A program made the translations under genes and the position numbers. The notes under the pieces were generated by a model, which saw only the letters and a list, made by a program, of their open reading frames with translations, was not told the origin of the DNA and ran no database searches. A DNA stretch of 63,186 nt, filler included, from Basidiobolus ranarum (taxonomy: Eukaryota), in NCBI GenBank assembly GCA_040143965.1. It is 16 parts of 16 records of this genome, joined end to end, with 100 filler letters (N's around TTAATTAATTAA, not from the genome) between each part and the next. Parts side by side here need not be neighbours in the genome. Positions count along the whole stretch, not along the records: positions 31,721 to 35,572 come from JASJQH010009124.1; positions 35,673 to 39,523 come from JASJQH010009125.1; positions 39,624 to 43,473 come from JASJQH010009126.1; positions 43,574 to 47,422 come from JASJQH010009127.1; 12 more parts are not named here. One strand, 5' to 3'. Shown here piece after piece: positions 33,871-44,873 of this stretch. Every line of letters begins with the position of its first letter. The stretch's first letter is position 1.

Positions 33871-35031
33871 CTAAAGAAGTACTCTTTTAGCATCTATCGG
33901 TACTTTGAACATGTAGAAAGGTCTGACACCGCTGCCCCGCATTTGGTTGGCAATCCAATACAAATAGCCATCGGTAACATGCATCGTATCAGGCCAAAGG
34001 TTTCGAGGATCACGTACAAAAAGTTCGATTCTACCAGTGTCTGCGTAATACCTATTGATTGAATTATGTTCATAGTTTGTAACATAAAGCCGATCTTTAG
34101 AATCGATTTCTAAGCCATCAGCTGCTCCACCCTTATCTCCATGTTGTGTCACGAATCTTTCTAGTTCTTTATCTTGGTAATTGGGATCAGTCAGCAGATC
34201 TGCGGCAATGCTGTAGAGTGAACGTGATGACAATGCACACCAAAAAAGGCGAGTTCCATTGGTATTTAGAGAAATCCCATCAGCTCCACTAGTCAGATGT
34301 CCATACACTCCATCAATAATAGGTTGAATGGGGATTCCCTCCACAGTCGGGACGAATTTATCGTCAGCCAAGGTGAATGGATGCTCATTGAACCTTCTCC
34401 ATGCTTTCCTAGTTTTCAAATTCACTATAATTAGTCCAGGTCTAGAACTGGAATCGGTTACGTAAGCATAACCACGAGATAAATCAAATCTAACATCGTT
34501 GATGTAGGAAATATCATGAATCAGTGGCTCGTTAAATACGATGGTTTCTACAACTGTGTTGGTTCGAAGATCAAAGCAGAGTAGCTTACATCCTTCATTC
34601 ACCGTCTTTCCACGGAATACGCTACCGGTGTCAACAACCCAAAGCCTGTCCTGCCCATCCAGCTCGATCGCTTGGGCACTGACGATGAGGTCTTTGAAAG
34701 ATCTGTTGGTGACGTTCGCCGATTGAATTTCAGATGTCTGTGGATGCATGGATAAAGATGGGTAGGGTATTTCTTTGCCATTGATTATCTCAGCCACAGA
34801 GTATCTTACATCGTCAGTCCATCTTGGATAGCTGACAAACATACGGCCATCAGAGCTTACTGCCACCCCAGTTGGCAATTGTTGGTAAAATTCATGGACC
34901 ACTTCTAGAGCAGGTCCAAAGGTCATGGGGTCTCTATTGGTGGTAGGCTTGGAAGGGTCAATGAACTCATCGTCACTAAATATCCCTTGACCGCTGAATA
35001 TCAGAATTGAAAGAAGGCTTGCCCACTTCAT
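33871..35031 (-). CDS. Secreted Yellow / major royal jelly protein (MRJP) family beta-propeller, 386 aa
   Basis: Signal peptide; PTGVAVSSDGRMFVSYPRW, IPYPS, DRLWVVDTG, YINDVRFD, AYVTDSS, GLIIVNL, GADGISL, WPDT. Confidence 0.9.
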   Translation of the reverse strand: MKWASLLSILIFSGQGIFSDDEFIDPSKPTTNRDPMTFGPALEVVHEFYQQLPTGVAVSSDGRMFVSYPRWTDDVRYSVAEIINGKEIPYPSLSMHPQTSEIQSANVTNRSFKDLIVSAQAIELDGQDRLWVVDTGSVFRGKTVNEGCKLLCFDLRTNTVVETIVFNEPLIHDISYINDVRFDLSRGYAYVTDSSSRPGLIIVNLKTRKAWRRFNEHPFTLADDKFVPTVEGIPIQPIIDGVYGHLTSGADGISLNTNGTRLFWCALSSRSLYSIAADLLTDPNYQDKELERFVTQHGDKGGAADGLEIDSKDRLYVTNYEHNSINRYYADTGRIELFVRDPRNLWPDTMHVTDGYLYWIANQMRGSGVRPFYMFKVPIDAKRVLL

Positions 35032-35672
35032 TTTTTGATCTAGGTAGACTTTTTAAGCTAGTAACTGTAAAATGGAAATGGAATTACTGATTTGAACTGG
35101 CCTTTCATTTCTCATTTTATACTGATCGGTGCCTTTCTCAGCAACTGCTTAATGTTGTATTAAGCAATTAATCTCTGCATGCCCTCGACCTCGAACCTGT
35201 ATATGCTCGTGATTGGAAACTATGGAACAAATGGAGGTAGGTGGCTGTATCAAAAAGCTATGCACTTGGATTCAACCTGGTCGATGATGTAAGACACCCC
35301 TAGGAGTCTACTGATCGACAGCATCTTAATAACAAAGGTGAACTACAAATCAGGCACTTAATATTTGTACAGTATATGTGTATATTTATTTAACATATCA
35401 TTGATCAACCCTTCTGAACTCCATCCACTTAACACTTCTACTTTCTTAGTATGTCGCATGTATGTGTCACCATTTCTCTAAATTATGAGCATGAATATTT
35501 ATTTAATGCCAGGACAGAAGTACTTACGACTTGCTTCCTACAATTTGCATATTTCCTTTGCTTACGATTCACNNNNNNNNNNNNNNNNNNNNNNNNNNNN
35601 NNNNNNNNNNNNNNNNTTAATTAATTAANNNNNNNNNNNNNNNNNNNNNNNNNNNNNNNNNNNNNNNNNNNN

Positions 35673-37311
35673 AAAAATGTACGCAATTATCAACTTGGAA
35701 AAGAAAGAAAAGCAGCTAAAGAAGTATTGAAGGAGCAGGAAGTTAGTAAACCCAAGGGAAAAGCAAAGGAGCCAGTGAGTTTAGGCTCTACTGTCCCACT
35801 TACCAAATTCTTCACACCATTACAGAGATCTGCATTTCTAGAGTCAGATATACTAGCAAATAAGCTTAATTTCACCATGGAACCAGGTACACCAGTTGGA
35901 AGAGTGCTAAATTTGGAAATATATCCAACACCTGGCACCTTTCAACAAGCAAAGACACCAGCAAATAAAATTCACTGCTCTCCAACCTCAACTGGCACTT
36001 TTCAAAGTGTTGAAATTAGCCCTGAAGTGAAAGGCAAGCAAAAAGCCAAACAAACACTGCAAAGCTCCCTCAGTTGGGTCACACTACAAGAACATACAAA
36101 AATAGTCAATGTGCTTGAGGAGTTTTTTCAAAAGTATAATGGGAATAACGCAGTGCAAGTATGCTGAAAGTAGCTTCAGAAAAAGAACATTCAACTTGAC
36201 ATTCAGTCTGGTTTGGACCTTGCAGATATCTGTGAAGAACTTAATAGAGAGTGGCACAATATTGCAGGGTATCCACCAGATAGCTGGAAGAATGTTGACT
36301 TGGCAATATTGATACAATGGTGGGCTTTGATGGAAATATTGATACAAACTCATGTTGGGTACAAGCTGAACCTTGGATATGAAGAAATCTATAAAAATAT
36401 TAAGGAGAATATATTAAACAGACTAGGGATTTTGAAGGTGAAAAATTAGCATTCGAGTGGTAATTGTGTAAAATTTGAGTTACATTTTTTGCACATGTGT
36501 TGATCCATAGTTCTCCAATATTGTAGCCAATCATGTGCAACTATTTTGTGAGTTCATGAAATTTCACTCCTGAAACTGAAAAAATTCATTAAAATAACTT
36601 TAACTTGACAATTTTATCATGCTAAACTAATGGTTAATCTGAAATGGATTAAATTTGTGTTGCCTTTCCTACTATAAAAATCCTCAAATTTCTGTTAGGG
36701 CATTATAGTCCAATACATATTTTGCCCTGCTAGATTATCATGGTGAAGTTCATATGTATGGTGTTAGATTGATAAAAATCCTGTATGACAATGTATAGAG
36801 GGAGCAGCATGTTGCTGTCGCTCAAGTACAGCATTGCAAAGATCTTGTATCATTGTTGAGTGACTCTCTAACTGTTGCCTAGTTGCTTTGGAATGCTGTA
36901 TTAATTCCAATATTGTGGGGTTATTGCTTGTCATGCCCTGTACAGCAACTTTTTAGTTCTTACTTGTGATTGCAAACATATCATCACAGTGTTTTGCCTG
37001 CAATTCCCTTATTGTAATAATTCTATCCAAATATTCAATGCAGGGTTGTTCAATAGTTGGCAAAGTAGCAATTTTGGAAGTTGATGGTCTTGTTGGTGTT
37101 TCTGTTGAACATAACTCAACTTTTGATTTAATATATAATTGGGGGATTACAATCTCTACACTTGCACTATTGGCTGAAAGGAACACACCTGGTAAATTGA
37201 TCAATGCTTCATCATTACTTTCATTAGTTTCTGGCATCCCAATGCCTTTCAAAGAGGATAGTGAATTGCTAGACTTCTCATAAGTCCTCTCTTCTTGACA
37301 GTTTATTTCCT
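35673..37311. mobile_element. CMC element: ORF2 3' part (+, about 35700-36449) and left terminus (ends TCTGTTAGGG at 36700), abutting an oppositely oriented ORF2 fragment (36701-37311)
   Basis: Homologous to 57440-58468, 50798-51366 (reverse) and 27765-28144. Confidence 0.82.
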
Positions 37312-39523
37312 TGATGAAAGTGTTTAGGGGATTTCGAAGTGTTTTGGACAAGATTTGGATTGGTAAACTAGACACTTAAGTTTTATTGAATTGAATATGT
37401 CCTATTTGTAGCTTACTATGAAATAGGACTATTGGATGTGCTCAGATCATAACAAACATGCCTGTTAAGCATGGGTGAAAATTTGAAGTGATTTGGAGAC
37501 ATTTTGAGAAAATAGTAAAAATTGGTAAAAGTGATCTCATTAATATTTCTGAGAAAATAGTGAAAATTGGCAAAAGAGTTCTAATTGTTATTTCTATCAA
37601 TCAGAGCAATAAACACTTGTCTTTGAATGACAGAATTGAGTGCTAAATAATCAAAATATGAATAAATTAACCACTAAATCATGAGTTGCTATTCACCCAA
37701 CTTCAACATTCTCACTCAACTAATTATTTTTTACTTCTCTTAACCCTAACTTATTTCTTGATAATCCAAGTTGTGATTTAGCTAAAGATTTGGTTAAGAT
37801 ATCAGCTATCATTTCTTCAGTAGGGCAATAGACAAGTTCAATTTTATCATTCTTTATTGCTTCTCTAACAAAAAGATGCCTAATATCTACATGTGTTGTT
37901 CTATCATGAAATGTAAGGTTTTTAGCTAATGAAATACAACTTTGATTAGCTTAAAATACAGTAATAGCATGTTTTTGCAGTTTCCTAAGTCAGTAAATAA
38001 CTTCCTTAACTACATAGCTTCTTGTGTAGTAGCAGAGGCAGCCAGATACTCTGCTTCTGTATTGGAAGGTGCTGTGGTTGGTTGCTTCTTACTATTCCAA
38101 ACTATGGCTCCATTACCATAGAGAAAAGTGTGTCCAGTTGTTGATCTTCTATCATCAAGGTTTCTTCTCCAGTCTTGATCACTGTAGCCTTCAAAATTTT
38201 GTGCATCTGGAGTGGCAGAGTATTCCAGAACTATATCTAGAGTTCCTCTCAAATACCTGAGTAGTTTTTTTAATGCCATTTTGTGCTCTGATCCTGGATT
38301 TTTGATATATTGGCTGACAGTTCCCACTGCCACAGCAATGTCTGGATGTATTCCGACCATTGTATATATTAAACTACCTACCATGGATTAATAAGGGAAC
38401 TCCTGGCTTTGATTGGAGTCATTTTGGGCCAAATTGGCTGATATTTTAATTAATTTCCCATAGGGATCCATTGGTGTTGTTACAGGCTTGCTATTCTCCA
38501 TGTTGAAGCATTTGAGGATGTCTAGGATGTATCTAAACTGAGTCAGCATGATTTTGTGATTGGGCATATCTCTCTAGATTTGGGTTCCAAGAAAATAACT
38601 GGACTTGTACTCTGTGATAGTGCCAGATTGTGCTCTATATATCATATTTGATAAAGTATTATAAAATTTATGTGGCACAATTTGGCACCATCCATCACCC
38701 ACTGGCATGATTAATTTCAATCACATTTACTTTAATATATTGATCCAAGGTCTGATAAATCCAGGCATAATGGAACAAGTCCACAAAATTTACCCATATT
38801 AGTCATCTGATATTGGTTTGATAAGCTGCTTTTCATCTGATTAAGTGCTTCTAGATCATTTGTGGCTATGATTAAGTCATCCACATATAGTGCCAAGATA
38901 AGGATCCTGTTTCTGGTTGTTTTGATGTAAATACTCTGATAAGCTATGCATTTTTGGAATTCCAGATATTCCAAATAGGTATCTATCTTGTTGTACAAAG
39001 CCCTGGGTGCTTGCTTGAGCCTATATAGTGACTGTTGCAGTTTACAGACCATATCAGGATGTTTTGGGTCAACAAATACATCTGGTTGCTCCAGACAGAT
39101 CTCTTCTTCTAGATTTCCTTTCAGAAAAGCTGTTTTTACACTGTTTTGATGTAGAGCAAGGTTATGGATGGCTGAGAGTGCCAGGATTGATTGAATGGAG
39201 CTAAACTTAGCTACCATAGCCAAAGCTTCATTAAGTTCAATTCCAGGAGTCTGGGAATAGCCTTTTGGAACTAAACTTGCTTTGTACCTCTCTATAGTTC
39301 CATCAGCTCAGGCCTTGGATCCATCACAGTAACCAAGAAATATGCATTTTTGGCTTTTGGGTTCCAATTTGGAGCATTTTTGAGCTGAATTTAGGCAATA
39401 TGCTGTGCAACCAAAGAACCTGAGATGATCCACACTTGGTTTGGATCCATATAGGACTGCAATTGGAGTAGAACCATGTAGCAATCTTGGTGGGCATCTG
39501 TTTTTGATATAGACTGCAGTGGT
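37312..39523 (-). mobile_element. Ty1/copia family 1, 3' part: integrase tail, RT, RNase H, PPT and 3' LTR (37312-37708, with an internal duplication of about 44 bp)
   Basis: KTAFLKG, LYVDDL, PDIAVAVG, GYSDQDW, WNSKKQ, TEAEY; internal deletion near 39310. Confidence 0.93.
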
Positions 39524-39623
39524 NNNNNNNNNNNNNNNNNNNNNNNNNNNNNNNNNNNNNNNNNNNNTTAATTAATTAANNNNNNNNNNNNNNNNNNNNN
39601 NNNNNNNNNNNNNNNNNNNNNNN

Positions 39624-40181
39624 TTCAATTCAATAAAACTCAAGTGTCTAATTCACAAATCCAAATCTTGTCCAAAACACTTCCAAATCCCCTAAACACT
39701 TTTATCAGGTAGGTAGTTTGATGTATACAATGGTTGGGACACATCTAGACATTACTGTGGCCATGGGAATTCTCAGGCCATACCTCAAAAATCCAGGATC
39801 TGATCACAGTAATGTAGTAAAACAAATGTTCAGGTATATGAGAGGACCTGTATATTTGGTTATAGAGTACTGTGGCACTTTTACTGCATGAAAAATTTTA
39901 AGGCTACAGTGATACAGACTGGGGAAGAAATTTTGATGATTGAAGATCAACAACTAGGAATACCTTTCTTCATTGTAATATAGCCATAACTTGGATTAGC
40001 AAGAAGCAACAAGCCATAGCACTTTTACTAGAGAAAAAGACAATATGGCTGGCTCTGCCACTACACTAGAGGTTATGCGGTTAAGGAAGTCATTTTCAGA
40101 CTGGGGATACATGCAAAATATGCTATTACTATATTTGAAGATAAACAAAGTTGTGTTTCATTAGCTGAAAACCTACATCGC
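39624..40181 (+). mobile_element. Copia family 1 LTR end (to 39707) abutting a decayed RT/RNase H fragment
   Basis: ...ACACTTTTATCA at 39707; GYSDTDWGRNFDD remnant. Confidence 0.8.
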
Positions 40182-42113
40182 TGATGAAAATGTTTATGGA
40201 ATTTAGAAGTGTTTTGGACCAGACTTGAATTTGCAAATATGACACTTAAGTTTCATTGAATTGAATATGTCCTATTCATAGTTTGCTATGAAATAGGACT
40301 ATTGGACATGCTTAGATCATAATAAACATGCTTATTAAGCATGGGCAAATAATTGAGGTGATTTGGGGGAGTTTTGAGTAAATAGTGAAAATTTGTAAAA
40401 GTAACTTAGTTGATATTTGTATCAATTAGAGAAAAATAACCACACATTTTGGAATGTCAGAACTCAGCACTACCATAATCAAAATATGAATAAACTAACT
40501 ACCAAATAATGAGTTGCCATTTACCTCATTTCAACGTTGCCACTCATGTAAATATTTTGTATCACTCTTAAACCTTACCCATATCTTAATAATTCAAATT
40601 GTGCTTTGGCTAATAGTTTGGTTATGAAGTCAGCATTTATTTCTTCTTTAAGGCAATTGACAAGTTCAATTTTATTATCCACTTTTGCTTCTATAACAAA
40701 TGATGTCTAATGTTAACATGTTTTGTTCTAGCATGAAATGTAGGGTTTTTAACTTAGGAAGTACCACTTTGATCATCTTCAAATACAGTAATAGCATGTT
40801 TTGCCTTGTATCCTAAGTCTGTCAGTGACTTCCTTACCCACAAAGTGTCTTGTGTAGTAGCAGTGGTAGCCATGTACTCTGCTTCTGCAGTGGAAAGTGC
40901 TACACTTGGTTGCTTCTCTCTATTCCAAGTTATGGCTCAATTACAAAAGAAAAAAGAGTACCAATTGTTGATCTTCTATCATCAAGGCTTCTTCCCCAGT
41001 CTGCATCACTGTAGCTTTCAAGATTATGTGCATCAGTAGTGGTGGAGTATATCAGAACTAGACTTGCAGTTCCTCTGAAATACCTGAATAATTGTTTTAC
41101 TGCAATTTTGTACTCAGATCCTGGATTTTTGAGATATTGGTTGACAGTTCCTACTGCCACAGCAATGTCTGGACAAGATTCAACCATTGTATCCATTAAA
41201 CTACCCATGTGTGATGCAGAGAGTACATCATCCAATTTGCAGATGTTGTACTGGATTTGGTCAAAGTTGAGGATAACTGTGCCCTTACTGACCACATCAA
41301 GTGCATAATCATAGAATGATAGCTGATTTGCCATGGCTTGGATCTAATTTGAATATTTGGACATAGAATGACAAGAATTCATCTGAACTAAAATCAATTT
41401 TCATCTAAGATACAGCCCATTAACTAGACTGTTACTCTAATAGAGTCCCTCAAGTGTTTTCCTGGCCTTTTGGAAAATTTTGGTACAGTGTATGAGCCTG
41501 AATTCAGAGTCCTTGATATGTAGACCAAGTGTTAACATTGCTCTCCCCTGCTTCTTGCAAAAGGCAAGGATGGCTTTGGGTGGTCTCTTTGGCTCTATTT
41601 CTTCTCATGTAATCAATCCCCACAGTTACTTCTCTTCCAGCACCATTAATTTCTTGGCCTTTCAAAGGTGAAAGTCTTCACCATCAGACTTCTTTGTGTA
41701 GGCATAATTGTGAATAGTCATACTGGTAGAGATTCTTTCAACAGCTAGCTTAGGGCTCATATCCTAATCAAAGTGTCTAGGGGATTTGGAAGGTCTTTTG
41801 ACAAAATTTGGATTTGTTATTAGGCACTTGAGTTTATTCAACTGAATGTATCTTGTTAATAGTTTACTTTGAAATAATACTATTGGACATGCTTAGATTG
41901 TAACCAACCTGCCTGTAAAGCACAGGTGAAAACTTGAGGTGATTTGGAGATGTTTTGAGAAAATAGTGAAAATTGGTAAAGGTGATCTGGTTGATATTTC
42001 TTTCATTTAGAGCAATACACACACAATTTGAATAGCAGAATTGACTGCTAGGTAATCAGAATATCAATAAACTAACTACCAAATAGTGAGTTGGTATTTA
42101 CCTAATTTCAACA
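40182..42113 (-). mobile_element. Internally deleted copia family 1 element with both LTRs (5' 41765-42113, 3' 40182-40536)
   Basis: PBS GGATATGAGCCC after the 5' LTR, gag start, a protease-region piece fused directly to RT C-terminus/RNase H, then PPT. No matching TSD. Confidence 0.85.
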
Positions 42114-42329
42114 GTCTTGGCCAATTATATTGCATTATGATGTAACAAGATCCTGATAGTGTGATAAGATTAATAATCAGCAGGTGAGTCATTACCCATC
42201 TGTTCTATAAATTCAGAGGTATCTCCCTCAACAAACTTGGGTCCAGTTTTAGTAGCACATATCTATCTTACTCAGCCCAGTATAATTGCTGGTCATACAA
42301 GAGTTATAACATATGAATATAAACAGTTA

Positions 42330-43473
42330 ATTGAGATTTTGTCAGGTTCAATAATATCAATCTCTGTTGCTTCCCAAACAAAATGATACTTAATACCTAT
42401 ACATTTTGTTCTACCATGAGATATAGCTTTCTAGCTAATGAAGTTCAACTTTGATTATCTTGAAATATTGAAATATCACATTTGCATGTATCCCTAGTAC
42501 GTAAAGTACTTGCTTAATCACAGAGCTTTTAGTATAATAGTAGAGGCAATGATTCACTCAGCTTTTTGAGTAAAAGTGCTATGTTTGATTGCATCTTACT
42601 GTTCCATATTGTGGCTCCATTATCATCAATGAAAATATATATTCATTTGTTGAAATACTGTTGTCATGGTTCCTTCCCAAGTCTGCATCAATGTAGCTTT
42701 CAGAAATTTGTGCATCAGGAGTACCAGAGTATTATACCACTAGATCCACAGCTCCTCTCAAATACCTAGATTTTTGTTTTACTTTAGCTTTGTGCTCAAA
42801 TCCTGGATTTATGAGATACTGGCTGGTAGTCCTCACTGCCACAGTAATGCCTGGAGGTTTTCCAGTATACTATACCATATGAACCAAGTGGGGAAAACCT
42901 GGCTTTGATAGTAGTCATTTTGGGCTAAATCCAAAGTTATTTTGATTAATTTCACTTTGGAATCCATATGTGATGATACAGGCTTGCTATTCTTCCTATT
43001 GAAGTGTCTTAAGAAGTCTTAGATGCATGAAGACTAAATCAGCATTATTTTGTGATTGAACTTCCATCTTGATTTGACTTCCAAGGAATTTACTTGATTC
43101 ACCCTCATCAGTAATATGAAATTGGTTTTATAAGTCCCTCCTTGTCTGATTAAGTGCTTCCAGATCATTGGTGGCTATGAGCAAGTCATTGATATGTAGT
43201 GCCAAGATAAGGATCCTGTCTCTAGTGGCTTGGAAATAAACACTGTGATCTGCTCTGCATTTTGGATTGATTCCAAATAAGTGTCCATCTTGTTGTGCCA
43301 TGCTTTGGGTGCCTGCTTGAGTTGATTTAACAATTATTGCAGTTTACAGACCACATCTGGATGTTTTGTTCAAGAAATCCATCAGGTTGTTCCATAAAAA
43401 TGAATTCCTCTATATATATATATACACTCCAGAGCTTGATCCAAAGTCTGTGGCTTGTCACAAAATGCTACAT
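42330..43473 (-). mobile_element. Older, heavily diverged copia family 1 RT/RNase H
   Basis: Colinear with about 45340-46440; LHINDL in place of LYVDDL. Confidence 0.8.
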
Positions 43474-43573
43474 NNNNNNNNNNNNNNNNNNNNNNNNNNN
43501 NNNNNNNNNNNNNNNNNTTAATTAATTAANNNNNNNNNNNNNNNNNNNNNNNNNNNNNNNNNNNNNNNNNNNN

Positions 43574-44873
43574 AATAAACACTTAAGTTTTATTGAATTG
43601 AATATGTCCTAGTTATAGTTTACTGTGAAATAGGATTATTAGACAAGTTGAGATCATAACAAGCATGTCTGTTAAGCATAGGCCAAAATTGGAGGTGACT
43701 TGGAGAGGTTTTGAGAAAGTAGCAAAAGTTGGTAAAAGTGATGTAATTGAGATTTTGATCAATTATAGCAATAACCACACATTTTTAAATGGCAGAATTG
43801 AGTGCTAAATATTGAGAATATGAATAAATTAACTACCAAACAATGAGCTGCTATATACCTAATTTCAATTGACAAGTGTTTCCCACTTGTACCAGGTATG
43901 TGGCAAGCAACAGTTGTCATTCAACTGTGGTATAGTTGTAAGAAAATCTAAAAACCTGGTTGCTAAGATTGGATTAAACTCTCCACTCCTCAACAATTAA
44001 AGCTGCTTCCCTTAAAGCAAGTGTTGCATGCAGAGTAATGCTTGCCAATGAGAAAGAGTCCATAATAAAACCATTGCATTCTTCTTCATCTTTTTCTGAT
44101 GTACAGCCATTAGTACCAGATTAACCAAGGTAAACATCTAGCAGCATGAGCTCAAACATCAGCAAGAACTGAGAACTTAATTGATTAGCAGTCCAGCTAT
44201 CCAATCTCTACTTTGGAAGGCATTAACACACCTGGAACTAACTCAAGTAACAATGAAGCATTAATCAACTAACCAGATGTTCTCCTGTTAAAGCAAAAGT
44301 GAAAGTTAAGTGATTACAATTCCCCACTGACATAGTAAATCAATACTGGAGCAAAGTTCAACAAAAAACCAATCAGATCTTCTACTTCCAATATGCCTAC
44401 TTTGCCAACTATTGAATACAAATCTGTAGACAATTTGGATAGAATTGTTAAAACCAGGGAGTATCAGGCAGTACACTGCATGATTTGTATGCACTCATAA
44501 GCACAAACTATGAAGTAGCTATTCAGGCAATGACAAGCAGTGGCACCACAATATTGCACTTAATGCAGCATTCTGAAGCATCAAGTCAACAGTTAGGGAG
44601 TCACTAAACAATGATACAAGACCATCAAATGCTGCACTTGAGCTACAGTAACATACTGCTCTCTCCATCTATTCACATATGGGATTTTGATCTATCCCAC
44701 ACCATACATATACCCATCACCATGATAATCCAGCGGAGGGCAGTATGTGCTGGATCATTAAGCCTCCACATTGATAAAAATATGCTTGGGCATATGCAAG
44801 TAGAAATCTAGTAAGAAAACCAGTAAACCAGGAGACTGTGAATGTCAGAGCTACTGTCACTTGCTCTGAAAGT
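43574..44873. mobile_element. Partial copia-1 LTR (43574-43868, minus) followed by a CMC fragment joining the transposase 5' region (minus) to ORF2 (plus)
   Basis: 43869-44000 is the reverse complement of 15882-16020; 44040-44160 is the reverse complement of about 52955-53075; 44160-44870 matches ORF2. Confidence 0.8.

Noticed and set aside
10600-35031. Melanisation or effector gene cluster (tyrosinase, Yellow, DUF3472 pair)
   Set aside because: The genes lie on different contigs ordered only by size; there is no linkage evidence.
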